Source: a virus (taxonomy: Duplodnaviria; Caudoviricetes). From it: a DNA stretch of 28,746 bases. A model generated the notes under the pieces. That model was not told the origin of the DNA. It made no database searches and saw nothing but the letters and a program-made list of their open reading frames with translations. Positions 1 through 9,909 of this stretch are shown here, piece after piece (position 1 is the stretch's first letter; every line of letters starts with the position of its first letter). The stretch lies in the IMG/VR virus record IMGVR_UViG_3300020426_000019, positions 1 through 28,746 of that record; one strand, written 5' to 3'. The position numbers and the translations under genes were made by a program.

Positions 1-1061
1 AAGGCGAAGCCCGTCCAGCCTGGCCCGCCGTCGCCATATTCGGCCTGCATCGCCTCCGTGAAGGCGCGGATCCAGTAGAGCGGCGATCCGGTCCAGCTGT
101 CGCCGACCATCGCGAAAACGATCGGCGTGGTGGCGACACCCAGCTTGATCGAGCGCAGGCGGCTCGCCGTCTGACGCATCCGATCCGGCGCGTAGACGGA
201 TCGCTGGCCGTAGGGCATCGTCAGCGCGGTCAGATAGGCATTGCCGGCGCGATCGGCGACATCGCCGCGCAGCCGTCCGCGCCCATCGACCCAGACCGGC
301 AGGCGCAGGTCCGCCGACATGATCACTGCGGCGTCGCCGTCCACCGTCTGGCCATCATAGCGCAGGCCCGAAACCGCCCGGGTGAACTGGTCCAGCGGGG
401 TCAGGGCGGCGCCGTCCAAGGTGCGCAGGTCCGCGTGAAGCCGCCCGTGGCCATCTATCCACCAGGGCACCCGGCCGCTTGTCGGGTCGTAGAAGGATGC
501 CGCGTCGCCATCTACGGTCTGCCGATTGTAAAGCGGGGCATAGGGATTGCCCTGATGATCGGCCGCGGAAATGCGCAGCACGCCGGCGGCTGTGATGAAC
601 CCGACCTGCCGGCCCGTGGCCGGGTCGATGATCAGCATTGCGTCGCCATCGACAGTCTGTCCGGTATAGCTCAGCCCGGCCGTGGCTGCCTGCAACTGGT
701 CGGGCTGCACCGCGCTTTGTGCCGCACCGACCAGATCCTGCGCGACGCTGGCGGCGGACTGGGCCGCATCCTTCGCCGCGATCGAATCGCCTACCAGCGC
801 CTCGATCGCCGACAGGTCGCCCCCCCCGGCTGCAATAACCTGCAGCCGCGCCAGGGACGGGACGTAGATGGTCTGCCCGGACGCGTTGATCACGGGATAA
901 TAGCCGAGCGCGCCTGTCTTCCCACCCTCGGCATTGAAGCTTTCGGGATCGTCGATCGTGCCCGCCAGCAGCTTGGTCTGCGAATTGGCCCACAACTCAT
1001 AGGTCGAAAAGAGCGAGGCGTTGCGCTCGATCAGCGCCGCCAGTTGATCTTCAGCCGCCAT
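1..1061 (-). CDS. Tail spike/fibre-like protein with SGNH/GDSL esterase motif (partial, runs off left edge)
   Basis: Not in the ORF track; translated by hand from ATG 1061 (MAAEDQLAALIERNAS...), open for 353 codons to the edge. Three QTVDGDA repeats, then IVFAMVGDSWT (GDS block I) and YGDGGPGW. Lies after the tail-tip gene. Confidence 0.75.
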   Translation of the reverse strand, partial: MAAEDQLAALIERNASLFSTYELWANSQTKLLAGTIDDPESFNAEGGKTGALGYYPVINASGQTIYVPSLARLQVIAAGGGDLSAIEALVGDSIAAKDAAQSAASVAQDLVGAAQSAVQPDQLQAATAGLSYTGQTVDGDAMLIIDPATGRQVGFITAAGVLRISAADHQGNPYAPLYNRQTVDGDAASFYDPTSGRVPWWIDGHGRLHADLRTLDGAALTPLDQFTRAVSGLRYDGQTVDGDAAVIMSADLRLPVWVDGRGRLRGDVADRAGNAYLTALTMPYGQRSVYAPDRMRQTASRLRSIKLGVATTPIVFAMVGDSWTGSPLYWIRAFTEAMQAEYGDGGPGWTGFA

Positions 1062-1356
1062 TGCCTGCGCTCTCCGTGTCCGCCACAGCAGCCAGCCCGC
1101 GCAGCCGCGCCAGCTCCAGCTTCGCCAGGGTCGCCATGTCGCCGCGCATCTTGACCCACGCCGCAACCCGCTTGCGCGTGGCCGCGTCCAGCGGTTCGAC
1201 CGTTGCGCTCATCGCGGTCATGAGCGCGTCGACCTCCTCGCTTGCCAGAAGGGCGACGAACGCCTCCGCCGCGCCCAGCGAAGCGGCGGCCAGACGGCGC
1301 TCCAGTTCGTCCTTTTGCGCGCGCATCTCTTCGATTGTCGGCTCGGTGTCCGCCAA
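1051..1356 (-). CDS. Small helical hypothetical protein (101 aa), possible tail fibre-associated factor
   Basis: TTG start with GAAAGGA RBS; stop overlaps start of next gene. Confidence 0.7.
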   Translation of the reverse strand: MADTEPTIEEMRAQKDELERRLAAASLGAAEAFVALLASEEVDALMTAMSATVEPLDAATRKRVAAWVKMRGDMATLAKLELARLRGLAAVADTESAGNGG

Positions 1357-1390
1357 GGTCTTGTCCTTTCGATGATGAGGGCAGGTGGTG

Positions 1391-4300
1391 TTAGGGTTGC
1401 TCGACCGCGATCACGCTTGTGCGCTGCGTCTGAACCGGGAATGTCATGTTCGTGCCGTTGATCGTCGGCTGGCTGAAGGCGGTCCAGCGCAGGCGGATAA
1501 GCACGCCGGACAATGCGCCAGGGGTCCAGGCAAAGGTCCCGGCCGCGGCCATGGTCCATTTGATGGTGTCACGAACAGTGGGATCGCCGTCGACCACGAC
1601 CAGCCGCTCGGTTTCATTGGCGCCGATCGTCGTCAGCAAGGTCCAGTTGTCGCCGTCGCTGCTCCATTCCAGCGCCAGCGTTCCGCCGCCCGCGCCGGAT
1701 ATGGATGCGGTGCCGGCGTCCGCCGTCTGCTCCCGCGTGAACGATGCCGACATGTTGACGTTGATGGGGGCGCCCATGCTCTGGAAAGGGCCGACGACGA
1801 TGAAGGCGCTCGGCGACACCGTTGTGGACGTGCCCTCATTCTTGAGGATGCCGCTCGACAGTGACCCGTTGAAGCGCGCGTTGCCGCTGACATCCACATA
1901 TTTGATGGCATTGGCCTCGGTGCACTGAGACAGATCGGAAACGACAGGCCCGGTCCATTCCAGGAACTGATCGGTCGACCCGAAGGGGCGCCCGCTGATC
2001 GTCATCACAGATCCGCCGACAATGACCTGACGACCGTCGCCAAATTCATACCGGTCACCGCTTGAGTCGGAGTAGACCCGGAATTTGTCCGCCATGACGG
2101 TGAAGTCCGATTCCTCCCCATTGTCGTTCAGACGCACGCCAGACACCACAGGCGCGCCGCCAGGGCCTTCACGCACGATGCGCACGCCCCACTGCGCGGA
2201 CAATCCGTCGACAGACTCCATCAGCATCAACACGCTGGCCGTGTTACCGTCGACGGTTGTCTGCACCGCGCTCAGGTCGGACGCGATGGCGCCATCCTCC
2301 GCCGCACGCGCTATCGCCTCGCTTTCGACAGCGGCGGACACGTCGGCGATGTCGCCGCTCAGCGTCGCCGCCAATGCTTCGCGGGCAGTCGCTTCCGCCT
2401 CGTCGCCGCTGGCCCGCACGCTCGCCTCATTGATGATCGCGGCATTCACGTCGGCCAGATCGCTGGCGATGCTGGCCGCCAGCGCCTCGCGCGCGCTGGC
2501 CTCCGCTTCGTCGGCGGTCGCGCGAGTGCTCGCCTCAGAGCCGATGGCGGCCATGACATCGACGATCTCGCCATCCACGTCCGATCGCAGCTGCGATATC
2601 GCTAGCTCTCTCTGCATCGTTTCGGCGCTGTCCGCGTCCGCCCGCGTGGTGGCTTCGTCCAGGATGGCCGCCTGAAGATCGATGACCGCGTCATCGATGT
2701 GGGCCTGGACCAATGAAACCGCCAACTCGCGCTGCGCTGTTTCGGCCGCGTCAGCGCTCGCGCGAACGCTGGCTTCATCGCTGATCGCGGCCATGGCCGC
2801 CGCAACCCCGTCAGTCGCTGCGGCTTCGATCTCGTTGACCATCTCGACTATGGCGATGTCACCGTCGATCCGCTCGCTGATCTCGCTGCGGACGCGTGTG
2901 GTGATTTCCTTGCCGTCCAGATGCGTCAGCCGCTCCCAGCGCGCCTTGCGCTCTTCGCCCAGCATCTGCGCCTCGAACAACGCCAGGGCGTGATTTTTCG
3001 TTCGGTCGATCAGCGCCAGCGCGCCACCCACGATATCATCGGGATCGGTGACCGAACCCAGCGCCAGCAGCGCGGCGATCACATTGCTGGCCGTCGTGCC
3101 GCCCACCGCTGTGCCATCGGGGGCTCCCACGGTTGCCCCGTCCTGCGGCTTGGGATGCGCAGGATCATCGTCGACGATGTCGCCCCAACTGACATCGCCG
3201 GGATCGACCTGCAGCGGCGCGATCTTGGCGGCCGCGCTCAATCCTTCGACCGACAGCGACAGCGTGCTGACATTCTGTCCGACCGCGATCGAGAAGTCTT
3301 TGAAAAAGCCGTATATGGTGACGCTTTCGCGCCCCTCGTCGCCGATCCACAGCGACGGGATCGCGCGAACCCGCGCGATGCGCCCGGCAACGACGTCCAA
3401 CGCGTCCGTCGCAATCAAGGCGCGCACATTCATGCGCTTCGCCCACGCGCGCTCGACGACAGTCACTTCGCCGAAGTCGTCGGTTTCCTTTCGGCTGTAA
3501 TCGGTGATGCCGGCGGTCGGCGACGCTTCCGTGATGCCCAGGCCGACCAGTTGCCCGAACAGCAGCGTGCCTACCGATACGGCACCGGGTCCTGTAATCG
3601 TGACGGTGAACGCCTCTATCACGTCCGGCAGGTCCAGGAACGCCACCATTCCCGGCGTCGCTGTGGGCGACAAGGTCCGGTCATAGCCTTCCGCCTGCAC
3701 CCGGACGCTATGCGCCGTCACATCCAACAGCGCCACCGCGTTGATAGGGTCCAGCGCAACCAGCGTCACCGTGATCGCTTCGGCCGCCTCCGTCGCCGAC
3801 CCAAGCGCCTGGTCGAACATCGCCCAGCGATTCGTTGCCCCGATGTCGATCCACAGGCCTGCCGCAGCGATGGGCTCATTGCCCTGATTATTGTCTGCGG
3901 CGCTTTCGAAGATGCGATGCATGCGGATGACGCGCGCGCCCAGGTCATAGTTCGCATCATCGTCCCACAGCGGGTAATCATCCTCATCAACGCTGCTGGA
4001 TCGCAAGGCGATATTGGTGACGGGCTGCAGCAGGCGCAGCGACGACACTGCATTGGCTGGGGCTGGATCGCCGCCAGGATCATGGAAATCGCCGCCTTCG
4101 ACCAGCCCTTCGATCGTCAGCGTGCAGAAACTGACCGGCGGGATCGCCAGGTCGATCGAGAATTCTTTGAAATAGCCGCGAAAGGACAGGCTTTCGAAGC
4201 GATCGTCGGCGACCCAGAGCGCCGCCTTGGCGCGCAGCGACGCCAGATCGCGCTGGATCTGATCGACATTTTCGCTCGGCACCTTGACGCGAACAGACAT

Positions 4301-4444
4301 GGTGCGCGCGAAATCGCGGGGAACCACGGTCGTGACGCCGAAGTCATCGGTTTCGCGCCGGCTGTAATCCACGATCCCGACGGTGGGCTCACTCTCGGTC
4401 GCGCCGATCGCAATGGCCCGACCGTCATCGGTTTCCACCCTCAT
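1391..4444 (-). CDS. Multidomain tail-tip protein: two Dit-like repeats, a CBM-like insert, coiled-coil repeats and a gpJ/DUF1983-like C-terminal region
   Basis: Directly after TMP (ATGA overlap). GIVDYSRRETDDFG and GITDYSRKETDDFG duplicate motifs; W..DANYDLGARV aromatic motif; EA..RA.AD repeats; SDFTVMADKFRV. Confidence 0.8.
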   Translation of the reverse strand: MRVETDDGRAIAIGATESEPTVGIVDYSRRETDDFGVTTVVPRDFARTMSVRVKVPSENVDQIQRDLASLRAKAALWVADDRFESLSFRGYFKEFSIDLAIPPVSFCTLTIEGLVEGGDFHDPGGDPAPANAVSSLRLLQPVTNIALRSSSVDEDDYPLWDDDANYDLGARVIRMHRIFESAADNNQGNEPIAAAGLWIDIGATNRWAMFDQALGSATEAAEAITVTLVALDPINAVALLDVTAHSVRVQAEGYDRTLSPTATPGMVAFLDLPDVIEAFTVTITGPGAVSVGTLLFGQLVGLGITEASPTAGITDYSRKETDDFGEVTVVERAWAKRMNVRALIATDALDVVAGRIARVRAIPSLWIGDEGRESVTIYGFFKDFSIAVGQNVSTLSLSVEGLSAAAKIAPLQVDPGDVSWGDIVDDDPAHPKPQDGATVGAPDGTAVGGTTASNVIAALLALGSVTDPDDIVGGALALIDRTKNHALALFEAQMLGEERKARWERLTHLDGKEITTRVRSEISERIDGDIAIVEMVNEIEAAATDGVAAAMAAISDEASVRASADAAETAQRELAVSLVQAHIDDAVIDLQAAILDEATTRADADSAETMQRELAISQLRSDVDGEIVDVMAAIGSEASTRATADEAEASAREALAASIASDLADVNAAIINEASVRASGDEAEATAREALAATLSGDIADVSAAVESEAIARAAEDGAIASDLSAVQTTVDGNTASVLMLMESVDGLSAQWGVRIVREGPGGAPVVSGVRLNDNGEESDFTVMADKFRVYSDSSGDRYEFGDGRQVIVGGSVMTISGRPFGSTDQFLEWTGPVVSDLSQCTEANAIKYVDVSGNARFNGSLSSGILKNEGTSTTVSPSAFIVVGPFQSMGAPINVNMSASFTREQTADAGTASISGAGGGTLALEWSSDGDNWTLLTTIGANETERLVVVDGDPTVRDTIKWTMAAAGTFAWTPGALSGVLIRLRWTAFSQPTINGTNMTFPVQTQRTSVIAVEQP

Positions 4445-7400
4445 GCGGCAACGCCCGCTACGCTGATCGCCTGACCGCCGCTTGCCGCCGACACATCCTC
4501 CAGCTTGCGCTTGATCGCACCCGTGTTGCCAGCATTGGCCGCATGGCCGCTGTTATTCTCGCTGCGCATCTGCGCCACTTCCTCGCGCAACGCGCGCAGC
4601 TCCGCCGCCAGATTGTCGTTGGACGCGCTGGCGGGCGCCGCCTGCGCCGTGCTGGCCGCCGCAGCGAGCGTCGCCGCCTCGGGCCCGCCCGACAGGATCG
4701 CGCCGCCGCTCGTCGCGACACCCGCGACACCGCCCAGGGCGCTGATCACCGCATAGGTCTCTTCCAGGCTCGCCGCCGTCAGGGCCTTGATCCGGTCCAG
4801 CTCCTGCCGGCTGGTGGCGGACAGCGACGCCGCGTTCAGCAGCGACTGCGACAGGCTGACCAGCTGCCCGGCCGCGTCCTGGTCGCCCGCGCGCGCGGCG
4901 GCCGTGGCGGCGTTGAACTGGCCCATCAGCGTGGCGAAGCTGCCGCCACTCGACCCGTCGGTGATGCCGCGGATCCGGTTGACCTCATCCAGGATGCTGT
5001 CGCCGATCGACGACCAGGCTTCGCGCAGCTGGTCGGCCGCATCGGCCGCTTCCTTGGCGTCCTGCAACGCCCAGATCTGCTGCTGCAGCGCGCGGTTGCT
5101 TTCGTCCAGCTGCGCCAGCTCCATTTCGCGGATCGCGGCGGTGTTGCCCTGTAGTTCCAGCAGCTGTTTTTCCAGATCCTGCCGTTCGGACAGGATGTCG
5201 GCCGCGCTCTTCGCGCCGTTGAGCGCGGATTGCAGGTCGGCAAAGGCCGGCGCCAGCTGCAACAGCGTGGCATAGGTCGCCTGTCCCGCTGCCGTGGTCA
5301 GGTCCTGCGCCTCGACCAGCGCGCGGAAGCCCGCAAGCGACGATGGCATGGTTAGACCCAGGCTTTCGAACACGTCGGTGAACTGCGCCGTGCGCGCTGC
5401 CGCCTGTTCGGCCGCGGTGTAATAGGTCTCGAAATAACTGCCGGCCGCGTCGGTGAAGTCGGACAGGCTCTCGAACTGGCCCGCCAGCGCCATCTTCATG
5501 TCGATGCTCATCAGGCTGGCTGACGAACCCAGCATCGTCAGAGTCGACGTGACGCTCTCCACGGTGGACGACACGCGCACGAGCGTCTCGAACAGCCCTT
5601 CGCCGACCTGTTGGAAGCGCTCGATGCCGGGGAACGCCGCTTGCGCCATCTGGTCGGCCGCCGCTCCGAATACCGCCGTCAGCTTTTCTTCAATCTCTTC
5701 GCCGGTCAGGCCTTGCAGGTCGATCTTGCCGATATTGACGACAAAGCCGTTCAGCTTCTGCTGGATCGCATCGGTCGCCAGCCCCAGCGGCCCGGCCGCC
5801 GCCAGGATCGCGTCATTGAACTCGCGCAGGATCAGCGTGAACTGGTTTTCCAGTCCCGCATCGGCATCGGCATATTGCGTCCGATATTTGGTCGACGTCG
5901 TGATGCCGAAGAATTTCTTCTTTTTCTGGATGTCGCTGTAATAGGACGCGTCGAACCCGCCGGTCAGGATATCGCCCAGCGACTGCGCGTCACCGTAGAG
6001 GCCGCTGCCTACGACCTTCGTCTTGGTGCCGAACAGGCTGCCCAGCAGGCCGCCGATGATCGGGATGTTGGACAGGATCGATCCGACGCCGCTGGCCTTG
6101 AACCCTTCGGCAACGCCCTGCGACGCGTTGACGTCGCCCGTGCGCAGCACCAGCGCGGCAAAGCCGCCGATCTGGTCCTCGATCGAACTCAGCGACGCCG
6201 CCATCTGGCGCGAATAGCCCAGCATGACGGTATCGACCTCCTTCAGGCTCTCGATCGCGCGCTTGATGCTGTCGGACTTGGTGGTGACGTCGCCCAGCAC
6301 CGTGCCGGTGCCGTCGTTCGATTTGGGCAGGCTGTTGCTGCCGCCGAACGACCCCGCCACCGCAACGCCGATCGAGGCGAGAGCCGCGATGGTCGCCGCC
6401 CCTGCCGCCAGGTTGAGCGGGAAGGGCAGGGAGGAAATGGCCGACACGACGGCCTCCACCGCCTTGGTCGCGGTGCGCGCGCCGCTCTTGGCGATGGACG
6501 ATGCGGTTTCGATGGCATCCTGCGCCACTGCGCGAACGGATAGGGCGAACTCGACCGCGCGGAATGCCTTTTCCGCCGTCTCCAGCGCCTTGTAGCCGTC
6601 GGAGCCTTCCTTGAAAAACCCCTTCGCGGCATGCGTCATGTCGCCATAGAGTCCGACCTGCGCAGTCAGGCCGCGCACGGCATAAAGGGCGTTGATCTGC
6701 TGTGTCCGCTGCACGCGGGCATTCTCGTCCGCCAGCTGACTGGCAAGGCGCAGCTCAGCCGCCTTGGAACTGTTCAGCCGCTCTTGATCGGCCAGATAAC
6801 TGGCAAAGGTCGATGCCATGCCGCCCAGCGCCTCGCCCGCGCGGCCGAAGGCATCAGCGATGCCGTTGGCTGCCAGGCTGACATTGGTCGCGACGGCGTC
6901 CAGCAGGTCCGCCTGATAGCGCAGGCTGTCATTATAGGCCTCGGCGCGCAGCTGGCGCTGCAGGTCGAGATCGGCGATCTGGACTTGCTGGGCGATAAAT
7001 TGCTCCGCCTGCTGCCCCACGAAATTATTCCGGGCGGCCTCCTGGGTTGCTCGGATCGTCGCCAGGGCCTTGACCCGTGCGGCATCTGTGGCGCCGATCA
7101 GCCGCAGCTCTGCCTGCAACTCCGTGATGCGGTCCGCGCCCGCTTCCATCGCGGCATTGAACGATGCGGTGCGCTCGGCAGCCGTCAGCTGCTCCCGCGC
7201 CTTGCGCTGATCGTCCAGCGCGCGCTTGGCCGCCTCGATCTCCTTCACATAGCCGCGCTGCTGCGCCACCTGGAGCGCGGCGAGCAACGGCAGATCAGCA
7301 ATCTGGTCGCGCACCAGGTCTGCGGCGCGCTCGGCGGGGATCAGACCGGCCGACACCATCGCGTTGACACGCTCCTGCGCCGCCACCTGTTCGCGCGTCG

Positions 7401-9477
7401 CCAGTGATGCCTTGGCGGCGTCGGACACGCGCTGCGCGATCGTCAGCCGGATCTGCCGCTCCACCGCAGCCTCGATGTCGGCCCGCTGCTTGATCGCCTG
7501 GCTTTCGGCCTTCACCCGCGCTTCGGCGACCAGCGCCGCGGCGCCGGAGACCTGATAGGCATCGGCCAGGGCGTAGAGGTTGCGGATCTGCGCTTCGGTC
7601 GCGGCGGCCTCACGCGCCAGCTTTTCGGCATGCTTGTCCGTCTTTTCCGACCGCTTCTTCAGGATGTCGTCACGCTGCTTGTCCAGGCGCGCGCGGGACG
7701 CGGCGAAGGTGTTTTTCTCGATGTCGCCGACCAGCGTGGACATCCAGTCCTTCGCCCGCTTCGTTTCGGCCGCTACGCTGTCGCCGAACGTGCTGGCGAC
7801 CTTGCTCGCCGCGCCCTCATAGAGGTTGGTCACCCGGTCGATAGTGACATTGGCGATCTGGCCGAAAAGCTCGAACCCCAGCAGGTCGTTGGCGCGGCGG
7901 GCAAGGCCGTTGATCCCCTCGATCGACGCATTCACCATGGACTCCAGCTTGGCAATGGTCGCGTTGGTCGCCTGGGCGACCAGATCGCCCATGGCGGAAG
8001 GCAGCATGGCCCAGGTCGCGACGACGGCCTTGTAGCCGCCGACGAACGCGCCATAGATCTCGGCGACGAAATTCGCGACCGTCTGCACATCATTCGGCGA
8101 AAACAGCCAGTCGATCAGCTTCTTCGTATTGCCGGAAATGTTCGTGCGATCGTCGAACGTTTTCCAGATACCGTTCATGATGTCCCCGGACGTGACCGTC
8201 ACATCCTTCAGGCGGTCCATCTCCTTTGCGGTCAGCCCCAGCGTCGACGCATAGGCTTTGAGGCCCGCGTCATCGTTCAGCTGATCGTGCCAGCGCGAGA
8301 ATGCCACGCCGGCGACGGCAAGCCCCGCCGTCACAGGCGCAAAGCGCAACAGCAGCGCGCCCATCTGGAGCGCGAACCCCTTGATGCCGCCTTCCGCCAT
8401 CTGCGCCACCTGGAAGATCTGACCGGCCTGACTGGCGAATATCTGCATTGGCGCCGCGCCCATGGCGGCCATGGTGGCGATGTCGTTGATCTGGAACGAC
8501 AGCTGCGTCAGCGTTCCGCCATGCTTCGACGCCACGCGCGTCGCATCGTCCTGCACGGCGCTCAGCTGGCGCAGACGGCCGGTGAGCACTTCCTGCTGTC
8601 GCGCATATTCCGGCGCAGCGGTCGCGCCGGCTTGGTAGAGCCGCGTCGATTCGGCGATCTCGTCATTCAGCCGCTTGGTCGCCGCATAGAGCGGGTCGGT
8701 CGACATGCGCATGTGCTCGGCCGCGGCGGCATCCGCCTCCAGCGCCGCCTGCGATCCCCGCACCATGGCAGCCAGGCGCGCATGTTCGGCGGTCAAGCGT
8801 GCGGTGGCTTCTGCCTCGGCGCGGATCTTGGCGGCAGCGGCATCGCGATCGGCGATCTTCTGCGCCGCCTCGGCTTCGCGCATCGCCTGCACGCCCTGTC
8901 GGACCTTCAGCTGGAAGATGTCATGCGCGACCGCCGCCGCCTTGATGGCGCGCGCCTCCGCTTCCGCCGCCGCTACCGCCCGCTGCGCCGCGATTGCCTT
9001 GTCCTCAGCCATCGCCTGCGCTTCCTGGCTGGCGCGGCGCGCGGCGGCGAACTGTTTGTCATACAGCGCCGCCTCTTCGGCGCGCAGCCGGTTGGCAAGG
9101 TCGATATTGCCGACGCTTTCCGCTGACGCCGCCAGTTCGGCGGCGCGAAGCGCGCGCAGCTCATCACGCGTCTTGCCGAAGCTCGCATTCTGGCGCTCCA
9201 GCTGGCGCACCATCGCTTCGCCGGCCTTCTCGACACGGGCGAATTCCTGCGCCGCCTCGCGCCCCGCGCGGGTCGCGGCGTTCCGGAAACTATCCATCTC
9301 GACCACGGCGCCGCCCAGCTTGACCATGCCGCTGGTCGCCTTTTCGATCCGGGCGGCCTCCTGCACGATCCGCCCTTCTGTGCTGTCCATGGCGGCCTGC
9401 AGCTGGCGCAGCGTGTCGAATGAACCTTCGGGATCGATCGTGAAGCCGACGCCCAGACCGGGACTGTCATTGTCCAT
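4441..9477 (-). CDS. Tail tape measure protein of helper prophage (1678 aa)
   Basis: Long Ala-rich helical ORF; lambda-type TMP motif QLSFQINDIATMAAMGAAPMQIFASQAGQI; located after tail chaperones. Confidence 0.95.
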   Translation of the reverse strand: MDNDSPGLGVGFTIDPEGSFDTLRQLQAAMDSTEGRIVQEAARIEKATSGMVKLGGAVVEMDSFRNAATRAGREAAQEFARVEKAGEAMVRQLERQNASFGKTRDELRALRAAELAASAESVGNIDLANRLRAEEAALYDKQFAAARRASQEAQAMAEDKAIAAQRAVAAAEAEARAIKAAAVAHDIFQLKVRQGVQAMREAEAAQKIADRDAAAAKIRAEAEATARLTAEHARLAAMVRGSQAALEADAAAAEHMRMSTDPLYAATKRLNDEIAESTRLYQAGATAAPEYARQQEVLTGRLRQLSAVQDDATRVASKHGGTLTQLSFQINDIATMAAMGAAPMQIFASQAGQIFQVAQMAEGGIKGFALQMGALLLRFAPVTAGLAVAGVAFSRWHDQLNDDAGLKAYASTLGLTAKEMDRLKDVTVTSGDIMNGIWKTFDDRTNISGNTKKLIDWLFSPNDVQTVANFVAEIYGAFVGGYKAVVATWAMLPSAMGDLVAQATNATIAKLESMVNASIEGINGLARRANDLLGFELFGQIANVTIDRVTNLYEGAASKVASTFGDSVAAETKRAKDWMSTLVGDIEKNTFAASRARLDKQRDDILKKRSEKTDKHAEKLAREAAATEAQIRNLYALADAYQVSGAAALVAEARVKAESQAIKQRADIEAAVERQIRLTIAQRVSDAAKASLATREQVAAQERVNAMVSAGLIPAERAADLVRDQIADLPLLAALQVAQQRGYVKEIEAAKRALDDQRKAREQLTAAERTASFNAAMEAGADRITELQAELRLIGATDAARVKALATIRATQEAARNNFVGQQAEQFIAQQVQIADLDLQRQLRAEAYNDSLRYQADLLDAVATNVSLAANGIADAFGRAGEALGGMASTFASYLADQERLNSSKAAELRLASQLADENARVQRTQQINALYAVRGLTAQVGLYGDMTHAAKGFFKEGSDGYKALETAEKAFRAVEFALSVRAVAQDAIETASSIAKSGARTATKAVEAVVSAISSLPFPLNLAAGAATIAALASIGVAVAGSFGGSNSLPKSNDGTGTVLGDVTTKSDSIKRAIESLKEVDTVMLGYSRQMAASLSSIEDQIGGFAALVLRTGDVNASQGVAEGFKASGVGSILSNIPIIGGLLGSLFGTKTKVVGSGLYGDAQSLGDILTGGFDASYYSDIQKKKKFFGITTSTKYRTQYADADAGLENQFTLILREFNDAILAAAGPLGLATDAIQQKLNGFVVNIGKIDLQGLTGEEIEEKLTAVFGAAADQMAQAAFPGIERFQQVGEGLFETLVRVSSTVESVTSTLTMLGSSASLMSIDMKMALAGQFESLSDFTDAAGSYFETYYTAAEQAAARTAQFTDVFESLGLTMPSSLAGFRALVEAQDLTTAAGQATYATLLQLAPAFADLQSALNGAKSAADILSERQDLEKQLLELQGNTAAIREMELAQLDESNRALQQQIWALQDAKEAADAADQLREAWSSIGDSILDEVNRIRGITDGSSGGSFATLMGQFNAATAAARAGDQDAAGQLVSLSQSLLNAASLSATSRQELDRIKALTAASLEETYAVISALGGVAGVATSGGAILSGGPEAATLAAAASTAQAAPASASNDNLAAELRALREEVAQMRSENNSGHAANAGNTGAIKRKLEDVSAASGGQAISVAGVAA

Positions 9478-9498
9478 GGGGTGTCTCCACGATAGAAG
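9470..9498 (+). promoter_or_regulatory. Putative sigma70 promoter for the antisense moron, overlapping the TMP start codon
   Basis: TTGTCC-N17-TAGAAG about 30 nt upstream of the + strand ORF; weak -10. Confidence 0.3.
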
Positions 9499-9530
9499 GG
9501 CTGCCCGGTTGGGCAGTGAGAGGGATGGTG

Positions 9531-9881
9531 ATGATCAGGGCGATGGCAGCGATTGCTGCATTCTCATGGACGACAGGCGCGATGGCGGAGCCTACCTACC
9601 TCGTATGTCAGCTGGTCCAAGAAACGGGTCTTATTCCAGTCGAAATAGCTTTGGATGAAGATAACCAAAAGGTGACGATCGGCTTACCCAGCGGGCGCAC
9701 TGTCTCGCGTGACGGGTTGTTCGGTCCAACCGAGATCAAGGTCGTTGACGATCAAACGACGTGGATCATTAACCGTGTTTCGTCTTCGCTACGTCGCACA
9801 TTTGCCTTCATGCCACTGAGCGACCCGGGCGAGCATGGAGAGTGCGCCGTCAAAGCCGCGCCCGCAAAACGAGCATTCTAG
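9531..9881 (+). CDS. Secreted/periplasmic moron protein (~116 aa), candidate superinfection exclusion factor
   Basis: GAGAGGG RBS; signal peptide MIRAMAAIAAFSWTTGAMA|EP; two Cys; opposite strand to the operon; less GC-rich than flanks. Confidence 0.7.
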   Translation: MIRAMAAIAAFSWTTGAMAEPTYLVCQLVQETGLIPVEIALDEDNQKVTIGLPSGRTVSRDGLFGPTEIKVVDDQTTWIINRVSSSLRRTFAFMPLSDPGEHGECAVKAAPAKRAF

Positions 9882-9909
9882 TCGGACAGTATTGGTGAAG
9901 GTTCAGCGT

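Noticed and set aside
355-1154. Track ORFs 355-993 (-) and 435-1154 (+)
   Set aside because: Off-frame or antisense shadows of the real ORF that starts at 1061 and runs off the window
2921-9658. Long + strand ORFs (517, 310, 258, 498 and 317 aa)
   Set aside because: Antisense shadows of tail-tip and TMP genes, expected in GC-rich DNA; no RBS or recognisable motifs
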